DNA of 27,378 nt from Rhodospirillaceae bacterium (lineage in GTDB: Bacteria > Pseudomonadota > Alphaproteobacteria > Micavibrionales > UBA2020). The notes beneath the pieces were generated by a model that saw nothing but the letters and a program-made list of their open reading frames with translations, ran no database searches and was not told the origin of the DNA. The stretch is taken from the NCBI GenBank assembly GCA_003524565.1, contig DQGU01000180.1:1-27378 (forward strand), in the 5' to 3' direction. Below, one piece after another: positions 25,798-27,378 of the stretch. Made by a program: the position numbers and the translations under genes. Position 1 is the stretch's first letter. The number at the start of each line of letters is the position of its first letter.

Positions 25798-26388
25798 TTA
25801 TTCTTTCTTATTTCCCGGTACTGCGCGGTAAAAAGCGGCTTCGCTCACCACACCATCCAGGCGGTAATCATGCCGGTCTATCGGCACTTCTGTTTCTTTT
25901 TGCGCTTCGAAGGCGATGCCGACAGCGCTGAATTTGTGAAACACCCGCAAATGCGCAAAAGTGCGGTCGAAATAACCCGAACCATATCCCATGCGGTTGC
26001 ATTGCGCATCAAACGCCACCATGGGCACAATCAACAAATCCGGCAGCAGCGATTCCGCTTCGCGCGGGTCGGGCTGCGGAATATTGTAAAGGCCGTTATA
26101 AAGTTTAGTCTGCGGCGTCCACTCCAGAAATTCCAGCACATAGTCACGCTCCACATTATGCGGCACAGCGCAGCGGTAACCGCGTTCAATCAGCGCCGTC
26201 ATCAGCGGAAACACATCGACTTCGTTATTCACGGGCACATAACCGGAAATCACCGCGCCCGCAGGCGGCAGCGGCACTTCGTCCAGAAAACGCGCCGTGA
26301 TGCGCGCACAGGCATCGGCGCAAAGCGCGGGCGGCAAGGCCAGACGGCGCTTGAAGGCGGCTTGTCGAAGCTCGTTCTTGCTGGACAT
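25798..26388 (-). CDS. ygfA: 5-formyltetrahydrofolate cyclo-ligase
   Basis: Likely start at ATG 26388 (MSSKNELRQ). Motifs PDLLIVPMVAFD, NRMGYGSGYFDRT and HDYRLDGVVSE. Lies directly downstream of 6S RNA. Confidence 0.93.
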   Translation of the reverse strand: MSSKNELRQAAFKRRLALPPALCADACARITARFLDEVPLPPAGAVISGYVPVNNEVDVFPLMTALIERGYRCAVPHNVERDYVLEFLEWTPQTKLYNGLYNIPQPDPREAESLLPDLLIVPMVAFDAQCNRMGYGSGYFDRTFAHLRVFHKFSAVGIAFEAQKETEVPIDRHDYRLDGVVSEAAFYRAVPGNKKE

Positions 26389-26423
26389 CGGAATTAAGAC
26401 TGCTGGCGTCGATTGAAAAAAAG

Positions 26424-26588
26424 TGGAAGGTGCCACCTGCGCCGTGGACGGGGATATCCGCTAGGCCCTTGTACAACAAGGTGGGGACCATAGTGACCGA
26501 ACCACGGCCCGGTCAGGGACAGCCCCCAAGCGAAAGATCATCGGCCTCTGGGACAGTGCTGTCTCACGCACGCCGCAGCAACCTTCCG
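26424..26588 (-). ncRNA. ssrS: 6S RNA
   Basis: About 165-nt non-coding rod with complementary ends (5' GGAAGGTTGCTGCGGCGTG pairing with 3' CACGGCGCAGGTGGCACCTTCC), in the canonical zapA-ssrS-ygfA position. Ends are approximate. Confidence 0.85.
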
Positions 26589-26593
26589 CCCGT

Positions 26594-26622
26594 AATGTAG
26601 GGGCAAATACGCAAAAAGTCAC
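26594..26622 (-). promoter_or_regulatory. Putative sigma70 promoter of 6S RNA
   Basis: Minus strand GTGACT-N17-TACATT, ending about 6 nt before the predicted 6S 5' end. Confidence 0.55.
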
Positions 26623-26689
26623 GTTTTCCGTGCATTTACAGGCACGAAGGCGCTATCAGGCTGCAATTATTGGCTTTTCGGCGCAAAGC

Positions 26690-26743
26690 TTACGCCGCTT
26701 GTACCCGCGCGAGGCTTTTGATTACGCCGCTTGTACCCGCGCG
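26690..26743. repeat. Exact 22-bp direct repeat of the zapA 3' end
   Basis: ttacgccgcttgtacccgcgcg occurs at 26690-26711 and 26722-26743, separated by a 10-nt spacer. Confidence 0.95.
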
Positions 26744-27099
26744 GCGATACCGTCGATGCGTTTGGCCAGCTTTTCAATCAGCTGCGCCATGGCTTTTTCC
26801 TCTTCCGGATTGGCCGCGGGTGCTGCCGCTTCTTCACCTTTGCGGGCTTTGCCGGCAGGCGCCGCCACAGGTGCGGCGGAGACAGCGGAAAGTTTCTCGC
26901 GGGTTTCGAACAGCTCGTCCGCAATCACCAGTGCGGTCAGCACCAGCAGATGTGCGTCGTTATAAGCCGCGCCGCTGCGCGCGATTTGCTGCAAACGCTG
27001 GTCGATGTAGGATGCGAGGTCAACAACGCGCCCTTCTTGCCCGCTGTCGCAGCTGATTTCGTGGATGCGTCCGTTGATGGAGATATTCACTTCGGCCAT
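26722..27099 (-). CDS. zapA: Cell division protein ZapA
   Basis: MAEVNISINGRIHEISCDSGQEGRVVDLASYID, HLLVLTALVIADEL and a C-terminal coiled coil; RBS GAGGG. Confidence 0.93.
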   Translation of the reverse strand: MAEVNISINGRIHEISCDSGQEGRVVDLASYIDQRLQQIARSGAAYNDAHLLVLTALVIADELFETREKLSAVSAAPVAAPAGKARKGEEAAAPAANPEEEKAMAQLIEKLAKRIDGIAARVQAA

Positions 27100-27133
27100 A
27101 GGATTTTTCCCTCGGAAAATATTTTTATCGGCT

Positions 27134-27352
27134 TTACGCGTCTTCGCTCAGCAGCGTTTCCAGACGGTCAATGGTCTGGTCGAGACGCGCCGCAATCTTG
27201 CGGTTCACCTCGCGCTCGTTGCGCGCGCTGAGGTCGAGCTGCGGCTCGCTCTTGCCGCGCTGTTCGGTTTGCAGGCGTTTATCAACCGCCGTCTCAAGAC
27301 GCGCCAGCGCCTTGTCGAGGTTTTCGAGAGCCGGTTTCAAGGCTGCTTTCAT
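27134..27352 (-). CDS. Small coiled-coil protein upstream of zapA (ZauP/DUF4164-like)
   Basis: 72 aa with heptad patterns LENLDKALARLETAV and IAARLDQTIDRLETLL, in the conserved position upstream of zapA. Confidence 0.8.
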   Translation of the reverse strand: MKAALKPALENLDKALARLETAVDKRLQTEQRGKSEPQLDLSARNEREVNRKIAARLDQTIDRLETLLSEDA

Positions 27353-27378
27353 AGAGGTTTGCCTCTTTCGCTTCGTAT

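Noticed and set aside
26389-26491. Extended ygfA N-terminus and small ORF 26225..26491
   Set aside because: They run into the 6S RNA. ATG 26388 matches the usual family start.
26690-26743. 22-bp repeats as a mini-CRISPR or a readthrough extension of ZapA
   Set aside because: Only two copies with a 10-nt spacer. The 32-nt period is not a multiple of 3, so readthrough would not regenerate the ZapA C-terminus.
23677-27352. NDUFS4-like/tRNA-Pro/DUF192 and zauP-like/zapA/6S/ygfA/ymdB clusters as novel systems
   Set aside because: These are well-known conserved alphaproteobacterial gene orders.

Overview
This 27.4 kb window is GC-rich chromosomal backbone from an alphaproteobacterium. The assignment is inferred from popZ, the pcm-tolC-popZ and zauP-like/zapA/6S/ygfA/ymdB gene orders, an NDUFS4-like gene and a CtrA-type box. 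Housekeeping content: the 5' end of lepA (missed by the ORF track), sua5/tsaC, anmK, tyrS, a YhdP/AsmA-like protein, glnE, popZ, tolC, pcm, three tRNAs (Cys, Asn, Pro), osmC-like, NDUFS4-like, DUF192, ymdB-like, 5-FTHF cyclo-ligase, 6S RNA, zapA and its upstream coiled-coil gene. Accessory-looking content: a secreted EF-hand protein, a secreted LPPGL-repeat protein, a REP-like doublet, and a 7.9 kb block between the inward-facing 3' ends of tRNA-Cys and tRNA-Asn. That block holds a ~1430-aa RTX/M10 metalloprotease, a Kef-type antiporter and a Tat-exported FAD oxidase. I see no integrase, transposase, CRISPR array, defence system or rRNA, and no complete new multi-gene system can be proven from sequence alone. 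Best leads: (1) an uncalled 57-aa two-helix membrane microprotein between tolC and popZ with a CtrA-like box upstream; (2) an RTX protease that looks like two fused T1SS substrates and has Leu at the Met-turn; (3) a GlnE whose C-terminal adenylyltransferase domain has lost several conserved residues; (4) a perfect DnaA box over the predicted osmC transcription start; (5) exact duplications spanning the stop codons of two unrelated genes. All family assignments come from motif recognition, not database searches.
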